From Trueperaceae bacterium (lineage in GTDB: Bacteria > Deinococcota > Deinococci > Deinococcales > Trueperaceae), in contig CBDCDZ010000004.1 in assembly GCA_965215565.1 (NCBI GenBank), positions 4,160,001 to 4,224,000 of the forward strand: a stretch of DNA of 64,000 nucleotides, in the 5' to 3' direction. The notes beneath the pieces were generated by a model. It was given only the letters and a program-made list of their open reading frames with translations. It had not been told where the DNA came from and did not search any database. Below are positions 9,975-20,713 of the stretch, piece after piece. The position numbers and the translations under genes are program-made. Every line of letters begins with the position of its first letter. Position 1 is the stretch's first letter.

Positions 9975-12900
9975 CTATGTGAGGCTTTCTGATGCGGTAG
10001 GTTCGGCGGGAGGGAGCGTGAAGTAAAAGGTTGCGCCCTCACCCACCGCCGCCTCCGCCCAGATCGCGCCGCCGTGCCGATGCATCACGCGCTGCACCGT
10101 CGCTAAACCGATGCCCGTACCCTCGAACTGGCCGGGCGAATGAAGCCGCTGAAACGCGCCGAAGAGCTTGTGCGCGTACGCCATGTCGAAGCCCGCGCCG
10201 TTGTCGCGCACGAAAAACGCCCCTTCCTCGTTCACGCCAAAGGTGATGTGCGCGCTTTTTTCATGTCGGGTGAACTTCCAGGCGTTTTCGAAGAGGTTGG
10301 TCAGCGCGATGCGAAGGAGCCGCTTATCGCCCTGAGCACATAGCCCACCCTGAATCTCGAGCGAAACCTCACGTTCCGGTTCGCGTTCTTTTAATTCTGC
10401 GACGATAGACGCCGCTTTAGCGCTTAAATTGACCTCTTCATGCTTCATCTCGCTGCGCGAGAGCCTCGAGAACGCCAGCATATCGTCGATGAGCGTGCCC
10501 ATGCGCTGCGCCCCCGAACGTACCCGCCTCAGGTAATGAACCGCAGTCTCGTCCAAGGTGTCGCCCGTGTTGTAGTCCTCTAAAAGCGCTTGTGAAAACC
10601 CGTCGATGCCGCGCAGTGGGGCGCGTAAGTCGTGGGAGACGCTGTAGGAAAACGCCTCGAGTTCCTTGTTCGCCGCTTCTAGCCCAGCCGTACGCTCTGC
10701 CACGCGCTCCTCTAGCTCTTGGTTGAGTTTAAGCACCTCGGCTTCCGCCTCTTTCCGCGCAGTGACCTCTTCCACGACGGAGATGCAGTAGAGAGGTTCG
10801 CCGCTTTCACCACGTTGCAGCGCGGTGGTGAGGTCGATCCAGACGGTGTGACCGTCCTTGTGGAAGTAGCGCTTCTCCATCGTGTAGGAGTTGATGTCAC
10901 CCCTCATGAGCTGCTCGAACTGCTCGACATCCGCGCCGACGTCGTCTGGATGTGTGATGTCTTGAAAGGTCCGCGCCAAGAGTTCCGCTTCGCTGTACCC
11001 CGAGATGTTGCACAGTTTCGCATTGACCTTGAGCCACTGCCCGCCTATGCCGACGTGTCCGATGCCCACGGCGGCATTTTCAAACGTGCCGCGGAAGTTG
11101 CGCTCGCTCTCCAAAAGCGCCTCTTGCGCCTCTTTGCGAACGGTGATGTCGTCGAAAAGTGAGTAGACCTGAAAGGGTTCCGTCTCGCCCGGTCCAAACT
11201 GCGGCACGGCGTCCACCGAGAGCCAGCGGTAGCGTTCATCGTTAGGGTTATAGACCGCCATCACGACGTTTTCGACTACCTTACCCGCGCGGAGCGCCCG
11301 CATCGGCGGGTGCTCTTCGCCCGGAAAGTCGCTGCCGTCTTCGCGCAAGGCTCGCCAGCGCAGGTCCGCCGAATAGCGCCCCGTTATCTCGTCGTTTGTA
11401 AGACCTAAAATCCGCTCGGCAGCGGGGTTGGCGGATATGATTTCACCTTTAGCGTCCTGATAGACCACCGCTTGCGTCATCGTTTCGAAGAGCGTGCGGT
11501 ACTCCGCCTCGGATTTGCGCAGCGCTTCTTCCGTCTCTCTTTGCTCTGTGGTCTCCGTCAATACTCCGACAAAGCGCACGGCACGTCGCTCTGCCCCTGC
11601 CCCTTCAAAGAGCGCTTGTCCGGTCGCCCGAATCCAGCGAACGCCGCCTTCGGGTTTAAGGACGCGGTACTCGAGGTCGTAGTCTCCCGTCTCACTTGAG
11701 CGCGTCACCTCTTCCACCTTTTGGGCGACGTCATCACGTTCGTCTGGGTGAATGTGAGAAATCGCTCCCTCTAGGCTTAGCAAGCCCTCGGAGGGCAAGT
11801 CGAATCTCACGACCACGTTTGTCCATACTAAACGTACCGTTGACGTCGATGTCCCACGTCCCCATCGCCGCTGCTTCCAGCGCGACGCGCCGCTGCTCCT
11901 CGCTCTCGCGCAGCATCTCTTCGGCGAGCTTTTGCTCCGTACCATCGCGAAAGACCTTGGCGAAGCCGCGCAGCTCACCCGCGTCGTTGCGCAACGCGGT
12001 CACCGTCCCGTCGGCAAAGAAGCGCGTCCCGTCCCTGCGCAGATGCCAGCGCACGTCTTTGGCCGAACTACGGGCGATGCGCATCTCCGTTTCGTATGCT
12101 CCTGGGTGTCGTGAGGGGTGAAGATGAGGTCGTGACGGCCCACCTCCGCTTCGCGCTGCCCCATGACCCGCTCGGCTCCGGCGTTCCATTCGCCCGCCGG
12201 ATCGGTGATGACAACCGCGTAGTCTCGCGCCTCTGAAACGAGCAGTTGCAAGCGTTCGGTAGTCTCTTGCAGGGCTTCTCGAGCCCTTTCGCGCTCGGTG
12301 ACGTCTTGCACCACGCCGAACAGTTCAGCGGGCACACGCTCGCCGTTTTCCTCCATAAAGCGGCACTGCCCGCGCACCGCCATCCAGCGCACTTCACCGT
12401 CCACGCCGTAAAAGCGGTGCTCGGCCATATAACGGTTTTCGGGTTCCTGCGGATTCGTCGCGTGAAGGATGGCGCGTTCCAACGCGGGGAGGTCGTCGGG
12501 GTGGACGAGGTCTAACATCGCGCCCGCTTCGGCTTCAGCCGGGACGCCGAAGAGGTCTTGACAGCGCGCGTCAAACCACATTCGCCCGCTCTGTAAGTTG
12601 CGGCTCCAGATGCCGAGTTCTGCGCCGTCGAGCGCGAGCCTGAGCCGCTGCTCGTTTTGCTGCAAAGTTCCTTTGGTCTCTTCGCGCTCGGTCACGTTCG
12701 CTGCCGACGCGACGAGGCTCGAGACGTTACCTCGAGCGTCGCGAACAGGTGCGAGCATGAAATCTACGGTGAGAAAGCGGTCCTTGCTCATCCGCACCTG
12801 CGTATCAAAGCGTTGCGTTTCGCCCCGAGCAACCTTGCGAATCGCCTCTCGCAACCTCCTCTGCACCGCCGCATCGTGTCGCCACCAAGGCGTTTCGGCA

Positions 12901-13658
12901 AAAGGTAAGCCGATGACGGCGGCGAGCGCCACGTCCGAAGCGTCCAGCGCGGCGCGGTTGACATATTGGAGCGTGCCGTCCGGGTCCAGCACAGCCACAA
13001 AGGTGAGCAAATGGTCCAGCACGTCCAAGAGGCGGCTTTCCGAAGCGCGGACTTCACGTTCGGCGCGTTCTCTCGCTTGGACCTCGAGCCGCAACGCCTG
13101 GTTCGACTCGTCAAGCGCACGGGTGCGCTCGCGGATACGCTCTTCTAAAGTATCGCGTGCCCGTCTGACCTCTTCGGTGGCTTCTTTGCGCGCCATCGCG
13201 TCGTTCTGTACGCCTAAAAAGAGCACCAACTTGCCCTCTTCGTCGTAGACCGGCGAGAGGTAGAGGTGATTCCAGAACATCGTCCCGTCTTGGCGGTAGT
13301 TGCGCAGCTCTACATCCGTGCTCTCGCCCAACTGAACCGCCGCGCGAAGCTGCCTGACACCTTCTTGGTCGCGGTCCTCGCCCTGCAAAAAGCGGCAGTT
13401 CTGACCGATGACCTCATCTGGACCGTAGCCCGTGAGCTTCTCGAAGCCGCCGTTGACGTAGATGATGGGGTTATCGGCTTGGTTGGGGTCGGTGACGACG
13501 ATGGTGTTGTCGAAGGCGTCTAAAATTGCGCCGAGAAGCTCCAAGCGGTCCGACGAGGTGACGAGCGCGGTGAGTCGGTGCTCCAAATCTTGAATGCGGC
13601 TTCTGTCGTTTGCCCGCATCCGTTCGGCGTCGTGTTCGCTGTTGCGTTGACTCGTCAT
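9975..13658 (-). pseudogene. LOV-multi-PAS sensor histidine kinase broken by two frameshifts (or a sequencing-error patch)
   Basis: GQNCRFLQG LOV motif in 13658-12000; PAS continuation in the 12189-11734 frame; PAS-HisKA (SHDLRAPL)-HATPase in 11978-9975; frame switches at about 12105 and 11835. Confidence 0.85.
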
Positions 13659-14112
13659 TTATAGAGGTGCACCCATGACGAAGAGAAAGGCGAAGAGAAA
13701 AAGGTGTGTTCTGAGGTGTTGCGCGGTGTTCATGCGCATAATGTACCCCGAAGTAGACGGGAAAATCGTCGGCAGTACGAACCTTTTTGCAGTGTGTCAA
13801 AAATCTCATAGCGCGCGTTTACGGGCGTACTATCACGTTGAAAAGTGGGCGAAACCTCCTCTGTAGAATGAGCGTATTTCAAGAGGTTGTTCAAGAGGTA
13901 GAAGTGCGTGACAGGGGCGCAAACACTCTCCGACGAAAAACCCCGAATAAGGCGCGCTCACGCCATCATTAAGGGCGCGCTTGACCCAAAGCGCTTTACA
14001 AATCTCCACCGCAAAAGGTAGCATAGTGTAGCGAGGGGAAAACTTCACATGACCCAGAGATGCGGTCGCTACGATTCAATCTCTAAACCTGGGTCACTCT
14101 AAAGGAGAAAAT

Positions 14113-15126
14113 ATGCAAAGACGTTTATTTTTAATCATTGTGCTCTGTGCTGCGTTTAGTGTGGCTTCAGCGCAGAACCTGCTCGAGGAGATTCAAGACC
14201 GGGGCACCTTGGTGTGCGGCGTCAACGAAAGGCTGCCCGGTTTCGGCAGCGTGGATGACCAGGGCGAGTTTGAGGGCTTCGACGTGGACTTCTGCCGCGC
14301 CTTTGCCGCGGCCATCGTCGGCGACGCTAACGCCGTCGAGTTCCGCCCGCTCAGCGCCCAAGACCGCTTTACGGCGGTGCAGACGGGCGAGGTGGACGTC
14401 CTAGCCCGCAACTCCACCTGGACGAGCAGCCGTGACACCACCGTCGGGATGCAGTTTGCGCCCGTCAACTTCTACGACGGTCAAGGCTTCATGGTGCGCC
14501 GCGACTCGGGCATCGAGTCCATCGAAGACCTAGAGGGCCGCCGCATCGGGGTGCAGTCGGGTACTACTACCGAACTCAACCTCGCCGATACGATGGAAGC
14601 TTTGGGCATCCAGTACACGCCCGTTATCTTCGAGAACTCGGACCAGCTCGCGAGCGCCTACGACGACGGTCAGATGGACGCCTGGACGACGGACAAGTCG
14701 GGTCTCGCCAGCACGCTCATCACGCTCCGCGATCCGTCTGCGCACCGCATCATGGACGTCACGATCTCCAAAGAGCCGCTCGCGCCCGCCGTCTTGCAGG
14801 GCAACACCGCGCTTTTCGACGCCGTTAAATGGATTATGTTCGGCCTCTTCGAAGCGGAAGAGTACGGCATCACGATGGAGAACGTGGACGAGTTGGCGGA
14901 AACCACCGAGAACCCTAACATCCAGCGCATCTTGGGCGTCGAGCCTGAGAACGTTGAGGGTATCGGTCTCCCCGCTGAGGGCATCCGCAACGCGATTGCA
15001 GCGGTCGGCAACTACGGCGAAATCTACAATCGCAACTTGGGTCCAGATACGCCCTTCGATATTCCGCGCGGCTTAAACGCGCAGTACTACGACGGAGGTC
15101 TCATCTACGGGATGCCCTTTCGTTAA
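14113..15126 (+). CDS. aapJ: Amino-acid ABC transporter substrate-binding protein (AapJ/BztA family)
   Basis: Signal peptide; GFDVDFCRA, RNSTWT, ISKEPLAP, GNYGEIYNRNLG. Confidence 0.92.
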   Translation: MQRRLFLIIVLCAAFSVASAQNLLEEIQDRGTLVCGVNERLPGFGSVDDQGEFEGFDVDFCRAFAAAIVGDANAVEFRPLSAQDRFTAVQTGEVDVLARNSTWTSSRDTTVGMQFAPVNFYDGQGFMVRRDSGIESIEDLEGRRIGVQSGTTTELNLADTMEALGIQYTPVIFENSDQLASAYDDGQMDAWTTDKSGLASTLITLRDPSAHRIMDVTISKEPLAPAVLQGNTALFDAVKWIMFGLFEAEEYGITMENVDELAETTENPNIQRILGVEPENVEGIGLPAEGIRNAIAAVGNYGEIYNRNLGPDTPFDIPRGLNAQYYDGGLIYGMPFR

Positions 15127-15144
15127 GCCGAAAGAGTAATATGC

Positions 15145-15173
15145 GGGGTGATGGTTTGAGCCATCACCCCTTT
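15145..15173 (+). terminator. Stem-loop after aapJ (terminator or mRNA stabiliser)
   Basis: GGGGTGATGG-TTTGAG-CCATCACCCC followed by TTT. Confidence 0.65.
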
Positions 15174-15361
15174 CGCTATAAAGACGCTTGGACTCGAGCC
15201 GTTCGCTATATCTCAATTTAAGCTAGAACGTTCGGTTACGAAGCAAAACTTGGATTTTACCAGCAGAAAATTTATCACATTTTATTAACCGCGATCAGCC
15301 GCGAAGTTAGAGGTGACGAGGTGCGTGTCAACCACACATTCTGGCATTTTGGAACGCTCTG

Positions 15362-17191
15362 ATGGCGTCACGTTCATTTCAGGAGAATAAAAGAGGTGAG
15401 GGCGAGCGAATCCCCTTCTACCGCAACGTCAAGCTCATCGGCGTTATCGCGCAAGTTGTCTTTGTGCTCCTGCTTATCGCTGCGGGATACATCCTCTACA
15501 ACAACGTGACCACCGCGCTCGACCGCTCGAACTTGCCCGCGGACTTCGGCTTTTTAGACGCGAGGGCGGGCGTGCCCATCGCGGAGACGCCGATTCAGTA
15601 TGAGCCGAGCGATTCTTATGGGCGGGCGCTCATCGTGGGCGTTTTGAACACCTTGCGCGTGGCGCTCGTCGGCGTGGTGCTGACGACGCTTTTAGGAATT
15701 TTAGTCGGGGTGATGCGGCTCTCGAGTAACTGGCTCATGCGCCAAATTGCCACCGTCTATATTGAGGCGATTCGCAACACGCCCCTAGCGGTCCAGCTCG
15801 TCTTCTGGTTCACCGCCGTGCTCGTGCCGATCCCGCCGCGCATTTCCAATCCGGTGGACTTGCCGGGAGGGATTTACTTTAGTCAGGTCGGTCTAGCCCT
15901 GCCCTGGCTCTATCCGTCGTACAGCTTCTCGAGTTGGCTCCCTTGGCTCGTCGCGGCGCTCGTCGTGCTCGCCGCGTTCTACCTCTTTCGGCGCAGACAG
16001 ATCGAGCGCTCGGAGCGTCCCGGCAACGCCTGGCTCTGGCCGCTCCTCTCGGCGGCCGGCATCGCTGTGGTCGGCTACGTCGTCGTGACCTTCACGACGG
16101 GGTTGCCTGAAAACCTCGCCACCGACTTCCAAGCCAACCGGGGACGCGGCGTCGTATTTGCTGACAGTAACGACAACGGCTTACGCGACGCGGGCGAGCC
16201 GGTCGTCCCTTACGCCGTAGCCCGCGTCAACGTCGAGGAAGGCACGCTGACCACCAACACCCAGAACTTCGTCGAGTCGCGCAGCTTTGTCAATAGCACC
16301 TTCCGCTTCCCCGCGATCGAAAATATCGAGGTGGGCGAGGCTGAACTCTCCTTTACCAACCCCGAGCAGGCTGAAGGGCTCGCCATTCACACGCTCAACT
16401 ACCCGAGCACGGGCGTCGTTTATGAGGATAGAAACGGCAACGGCGAGTACGACGAGGGTGAAGAGGTGGGCGCTGAGGGTGCGGGCTTCGGGAACGTCGG
16501 CGTCACCTTGCAAGTCGAGGAGTTCAGCCGCCGCATCGTCGCGGATAGAGGCGGGCAAATTCGCATCCCCATCTTCGAGGGGGCGCAAGCCGAAGGCGAA
16601 GGCGGGGAAGAAAGCGCTAGCAGCTCACAGGGCGGCGGAGGCGGACTCGGCTCGCTCTTCAACCGCTCGAGCGGCGGCAGCTCGAACGCCGTAGACGCGA
16701 GCGTAGAACTCCAAGCCGCCGCGCCACTCGTCCTGAGCTTCCCGAGCGTTCCGCGCGGCAACTACGTCGGCGGCATCAGCCTCTCGGCGGCGTACTTAGC
16801 GCTCCTCATCGGTCTCGTCGTCTACACGGCGAGCTTCATCGCGGAAATTGTGCGCGGCGGCATCCAAGCGGTCCCTAAAGGTCAGCGCGAAGCGGCGAAA
16901 GCGGTGGGTCTCAGCAACTTTCAGACCTTCCGGCTCGTCGTCTTTCCGCAAGCATTGCGCATCATCTTACCGCCCATGATCAGCCAATACCTCAACCTGA
17001 CTAAAAACTCGTCGCTAGCGATTCTCGTGACCTTTCAGGACTTCTTCTCGATCAGCAACATCGTTGCGAACCAAACCGGCGCGGCGATCCCTGTGATTCT
17101 CATTGTGATTGGTGGGTACCTCATTATCAGCTTGACGTTTGCGTTTATCCTCAACATCGTCAACGAGCGCATGGCGCTGGTGGAGCGCTAA
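15362..17191 (+). CDS. aapQ: Amino-acid ABC transporter permease (AapQ/BztB family) with a large soluble insertion
   Basis: NTLRVA, RNTPL, AEIVRGGIQAVPKGQREAA, YLNLTKNSSLA. Confidence 0.9.
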   Translation: MASRSFQENKRGEGERIPFYRNVKLIGVIAQVVFVLLLIAAGYILYNNVTTALDRSNLPADFGFLDARAGVPIAETPIQYEPSDSYGRALIVGVLNTLRVALVGVVLTTLLGILVGVMRLSSNWLMRQIATVYIEAIRNTPLAVQLVFWFTAVLVPIPPRISNPVDLPGGIYFSQVGLALPWLYPSYSFSSWLPWLVAALVVLAAFYLFRRRQIERSERPGNAWLWPLLSAAGIAVVGYVVVTFTTGLPENLATDFQANRGRGVVFADSNDNGLRDAGEPVVPYAVARVNVEEGTLTTNTQNFVESRSFVNSTFRFPAIENIEVGEAELSFTNPEQAEGLAIHTLNYPSTGVVYEDRNGNGEYDEGEEVGAEGAGFGNVGVTLQVEEFSRRIVADRGGQIRIPIFEGAQAEGEGGEESASSSQGGGGGLGSLFNRSSGGSSNAVDASVELQAAAPLVLSFPSVPRGNYVGGISLSAAYLALLIGLVVYTASFIAEIVRGGIQAVPKGQREAAKAVGLSNFQTFRLVVFPQALRIILPPMISQYLNLTKNSSLAILVTFQDFFSISNIVANQTGAAIPVILIVIGGYLIISLTFAFILNIVNERMALVER

Positions 17192-17192
17192 G

Positions 17193-18410
17193 ATGGCGAC
17201 CTCACGTAAGCCCCCTACCGGAACAACAGGCGTCGCAGGTTGGTTGCGCGGTAACCTCTTCAATTCGGTGGTCGATTCCATTCTTACGGTGGTCATGGGT
17301 GTGCTCATCGTTTGGACGATGTATAACTTTCTAACCTGGGCGTTCTACGCCGCGTCATGGCAGCAAGTTTGGAACAACCTCAAGCTCTTCTCCATCTACC
17401 GCTACCCCTTCGACCTCCTGTGGCGTCCGATTCTCGTGATCGGTCTGCTCATGGGTCTTTTAGGGTTTTCGGCAACAGCTATTCAAGAAAGTGTCAGTAA
17501 AATCTTGAAGGGCGCGTTCTGGCAGTTTTTCGCGCTGCTCGCGCTCATTACGGTGGTTGCGTTCATCATGGGCTGGGGTGTGCAGGGGTGGTGGCTCGCG
17601 GCGAGCGCTCTAGCCCTTGCTGGGTATTTCGGCGGGCGCGCCGCGCCTTCACTTGCCGGAACGGTGCCCTGGCTCTGGCTCGGCGCGTTAGTCATCAGCT
17701 TTTTTCTTCTTTTCGGTATACCGGGCGTGCGCTCTGGTGCGCTGCACGTTGTGCCTGTGCGTGAATGGGGCGGCATCGTCCTCACGTTTATCCTCACGAC
17801 GGGCGTCATCGTGAGCTTTCCGCTGGGCGTCGCCTTGGCGCTCGGGCGGCGCAGCAAGCTGCCCGCCATCAAGTACTTCTGCATCGGCTTCATCGAGCTG
17901 ATACGCGGCGCACCGCTCATCTCCTGGCTCTTTATCGCCGCGCTTTTGGTGCCGCTCATTCTCAACATCGACACAGCCAGCATCAGCGGCCTCGTGAAAG
18001 CGTACGTTGCCGTAACACTCTTCTCGGCGGCGTACATGGCGGAAAACGTGCGCGGCGGCTTACAGTCGGTCCCGAAAGGTCAGCCGGAAGCGGCGAGGGC
18101 GCTCGGACTCTCCGCGTGGCAAACAACGCGCCTCATCGTTCTGCCGCAAGCCCTTAAAGCGGTGATTCCCGCCATCGTCGGACAAGCCATCGGACTTTTT
18201 AAGGACACCTCGCTCGTCTTTATCGTCGCGCTCTTCGATGTATTTAACGTGCACAACATCGTTGCAAACCAAGTCGCCTCGAGAGAGATCACAGGCGGCA
18301 TTCGCCTCGAGCTTAGCCTCTTTTTAGCCATCTTCTACTTCTTCTTCGCCTTCCGCATGAGCTTGGCGAGCCGGCAGTTAGAGGAGCAGTTGGGAGTGGG
18401 AACGAGGTAG
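17193..18410 (+). CDS. aapM: Amino-acid ABC transporter permease (AapM/BztC family)
   Basis: WLRGNLF, IELIRGAPL, AENVRGGLQ, GLFKDTSL; ATG at 17193. Confidence 0.9.
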   Translation: MATSRKPPTGTTGVAGWLRGNLFNSVVDSILTVVMGVLIVWTMYNFLTWAFYAASWQQVWNNLKLFSIYRYPFDLLWRPILVIGLLMGLLGFSATAIQESVSKILKGAFWQFFALLALITVVAFIMGWGVQGWWLAASALALAGYFGGRAAPSLAGTVPWLWLGALVISFFLLFGIPGVRSGALHVVPVREWGGIVLTFILTTGVIVSFPLGVALALGRRSKLPAIKYFCIGFIELIRGAPLISWLFIAALLVPLILNIDTASISGLVKAYVAVTLFSAAYMAENVRGGLQSVPKGQPEAARALGLSAWQTTRLIVLPQALKAVIPAIVGQAIGLFKDTSLVFIVALFDVFNVHNIVANQVASREITGGIRLELSLFLAIFYFFFAFRMSLASRQLEEQLGVGTR

Positions 18411-18490
18411 AAGGATTAAGAGAAAAGAACCGAGAGAAAAGGGAAAAGAAGAAAACCTTTCACCTTTTCTCTTTTACCTTTTAACTTCTT
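18411..18490. repeat. Purine-rich/pyrimidine-rich short tandem repeat hairpin
   Basis: AGAAAAG/GGAAAAG units followed by complementary CCTTTT/CTTTT units. Confidence 0.55.
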
Positions 18491-18506
18491 TTTGAAAGGA
18501 CTATCT

Positions 18507-19292
18507 ATGGCAACCGCTTACAGTTCTCTAGCTAAAAACGCCGCTCACGCCCCCGAAGATGGGGAGCGCATCATCGAAGTTGAAGGGCTCAACAAGTGGT
18601 TCGGCGACTTTCACGTGCTGAAAGACATCGAGCTTTCCGTCAATAGGGGAGAGGTCGTCGTAGTCATCGGTCCGTCGGGCTCGGGAAAGTCTACACTGAT
18701 TCGCTGTATCAATAGGCTCGAGGAGCACCAAGAGGGTAAGATTTTCGTCGATAAGGTTGAACTCACCGACGACGTGAAAAAAATCGACCAAATCCGCCGT
18801 GAGACGGGCATGGTCTTTCAGCAGTTCAACCTCTTTCCGCACCTGACCGTTATGGAGAACATCACCTTAGCGCCCATCCGCGTACGCGGATGGAAGAAGT
18901 CGAAGGCGGAGGAGCGGGCGCAGTACTTTTTAGGCAAGGTCGGCATCCCTGAACAGGCGAACAAGTACCCCGGTCAACTTTCGGGCGGTCAGCAGCAGCG
19001 CGTGGCGATTGCGCGGGCACTGACGATGGAGCCCAAAGTCATGCTCTTCGACGAACCCACCTCTGCGCTCGACCCCGAGGTCATCGGTGAGGTCTTAGAA
19101 GTCATGGTCAACCTGGCGCAAGAGGGGATGACGATGGTGGTGGTAACGCACGAGATGGGGTTTGCTCGCGAAGTGGGCAACCGCGTGATCTTCATGGACG
19201 CAGGGCAAATTGTAGAGGTGGGGAGCCCGGAGCACTTCTTCACGAATCCGCAAGAGGAGCGCACCAAGTCGTTTTTATCGAAGATTCTTTAG
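18507..19292 (+). CDS. aapP: Amino-acid ABC transporter ATP-binding protein
   Basis: [25 protein letters not shown]. Confidence 0.95.
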   Translation: MATAYSSLAKNAAHAPEDGERIIEVEGLNKWFGDFHVLKDIELSVNRGEVVVVIGPSGSGKSTLIRCINRLEEHQEGKIFVDKVELTDDVKKIDQIRRETGMVFQQFNLFPHLTVMENITLAPIRVRGWKKSKAEERAQYFLGKVGIPEQANKYPGQLSGGQQQRVAIARALTMEPKVMLFDEPTSALDPEVIGEVLEVMVNLAQEGMTMVVVTHEMGFAREVGNRVIFMDAGQIVEVGSPEHFFTNPQEERTKSFLSKIL

Positions 19293-19422
19293 ATTTTGCG
19301 TCCGACGCCGATGGACACCGGTGTTGTTGGTTTGAGACCGAATCGGGTCCGTAAGTTTTTCGTTCTGGGTACTCGAGCGTAGGGGTAGAAACAATTCTTT
19401 CTCTCGTTGAGCAGCACCCGCT

Positions 19423-19638
19423 TCACGCGGCTAAAAGTGCGTCCTTTGCCAGCTCGAGAAAAGAAATTGCCTGCTCACGGCTCACACCGGGAAAGCCGTC
19501 TAAAAACTCATCTAAGGTGTCGCCGCCCTCGAGATAATCCAATAAGTTTTGAACAGGCACACGTGTATCCGTAAGGACAGGCGTGCCGCCTAGAATCTCA
19601 GGGTCAGTGTGGTAGACCTCTTCGCGCGTCATCGGCAT
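19423..19638 (-). CDS. DUF433-family antitoxin
   Basis: DPEILGGTPV..TRVPV..L..YL..G..L.EFL..FP pattern. Confidence 0.9.
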   Translation of the reverse strand: MPMTREEVYHTDPEILGGTPVLTDTRVPVQNLLDYLEGGDTLDEFLDGFPGVSREQAISFLELAKDALLAA

Positions 19639-19958
19639 TAGGACGCCTTATCCAGTCGTTCGGCAATCCACTGATTCAGGCTTTTGCCCTCTTTTTTAGA
19701 AGAGGTGTACACCTTGCGGTGCAGTTCAGGCGATAAGCGGAGCATGAGCTTACCGGAAAAAGGCTTATCGGGCTCTTCTCCGCGTTCTTCGCAGAACTCG
19801 AGGTAGTCATCTACGGAACCCCTAAACGCTTGAGAAAGTTCGTCCACACTTTTACCTTGAAACGTCACTACATCGCGCAGGTCGAGCACTTCACCGCGAA
19901 AGATGCCCGCTTCGTCGTTAAATTCGACATGTCCCGTATATCCTTTGTAGTTCAACAT
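19638..19958 (-). CDS. hicB: HicB-family antitoxin (no hicA upstream)
   Basis: YKGYTG, SVDDYLEFC, PDKPFSGK..LRL.PELH, SLNQW. Confidence 0.92.
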   Translation of the reverse strand: MLNYKGYTGHVEFNDEAGIFRGEVLDLRDVVTFQGKSVDELSQAFRGSVDDYLEFCEERGEEPDKPFSGKLMLRLSPELHRKVYTSSKKEGKSLNQWIAERLDKAS

Positions 19959-19980
19959 TAGTGCACCTCAAAAACTAGGA

Positions 19981-20008
19981 TTGGCTCGAGTCGTGATAAC
20001 GCAACGCC
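19981..20008 (-). repeat. yoeB-tail repeat R1
   Basis: TTGGCTCGAGTCGTGATAACGCAACGCC; minus strand encodes ALRYHDSS. Confidence 0.8.
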
Positions 20009-20017
20009 GCACCATCT

Positions 20018-20311
20018 TTACTCGAGCCGTTCTCGCCAATAATTTGGCTTGCGATGACCGTGCGCTACAGCAGCGACGATGACACGCTCTTCGCGGATGA
20101 AATAAGCAACGTAGAAGGGGAAAACAGGACAGTTGACTCGTCTATAGCTGCCTTCACGTTCGCGCTAGAGCAGCGGGTCTGCGAGGATGCTCGTACAGAC
20201 CCTAAGCACCTCATCTCGAAACCGGACGCCGAGCCCCGCTTCTCTACTCTCGTAATAGGTTGCAGCCTCTAAAAATTCATCTCGAGCTTCGGGTAGGAAC
20301 TCTAGCGTCAC
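20018..20311 (-). pseudogene. parE: ParE/RelE-family toxin with an internal TAG
   Basis: Manual translation MTLEFLPEARDEFLEAATYYESREAGLGVRF...DPLL*REREGSYRRV...FPFYVAY...AVAHGHRKPNYWRERLE; GTGA overlap with the antitoxin; TAG at 20165-20167. Confidence 0.88.
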
Positions 20312-20541
20312 TTCGCTAAACGCTTATCAATCTCTTGGAAGACCTGAGAGGCGGAAAGACTCTGTACATCTCCTCCGTCGTAAGCTTGAATGCGACGCTG
20401 AATTTCAGCATCCCAAGCCGCTTCAACCTCTTTAGCTTCTTGTGGCTCGAGGCTACTCAGTAAGCGGTGCGCAAGCGTGAGGCGCTGGTCTTCTGGAAGG
20501 GTCAGTGCGTCACTCGTAAGGGTATCAATCGTCTTTTGCAT
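20308..20541 (-). CDS. Putative addiction-module antitoxin component
   Basis: AL.LP..QR..LA..LL.SL...AW..EI.RR pattern; TACAAT 6 nt upstream of ATG 20541. Confidence 0.85.
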   Translation of the reverse strand: MQKTIDTLTSDALTLPEDQRLTLAHRLLSSLEPQEAKEVEAAWDAEIQRRIQAYDGGDVQSLSASQVFQEIDKRLAK

Positions 20542-20572
20542 AGAGACATTGTAGCACTGAGGGTTGGAGAGG

Positions 20573-20713
20573 TTAGCTCGAGCCGTAATACCGCAACGCC
20601 ACGATATGCAGCTCATTTCCCTGTACGCGGTAAACCAGCCTGTGTCCATCCGTAATGCGCTGTAACCACCAGCCGGAGAGGTTGTATTTTAGCGCTCTGG
20701 GTTTGCCTAGCCA
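20573..20713 (-). pseudogene. yoeB: YoeB toxin C-terminal relic (repeat R2)
   Basis: Translates LGKPRALKYNLSGWWLQRITDGHRLVYRVQGNELHIVALRYYGSS*. Confidence 0.9.

Noticed and set aside
14050..14097. TGACCCAG...CTGGGTCA hairpin in the aapJ leader as a riboswitch
   Set aside because: No recognisable aptamer consensus; an Rfam search would be needed.
20054..20272. Plus-strand 72-aa ORF
   Set aside because: Antisense shadow of the parE pseudogene.
20542..20649. N-terminal extension of the addiction antitoxin ORF
   Set aside because: Overlaps the yoeB relic; the better start is ATG 20541 with a -10 box.
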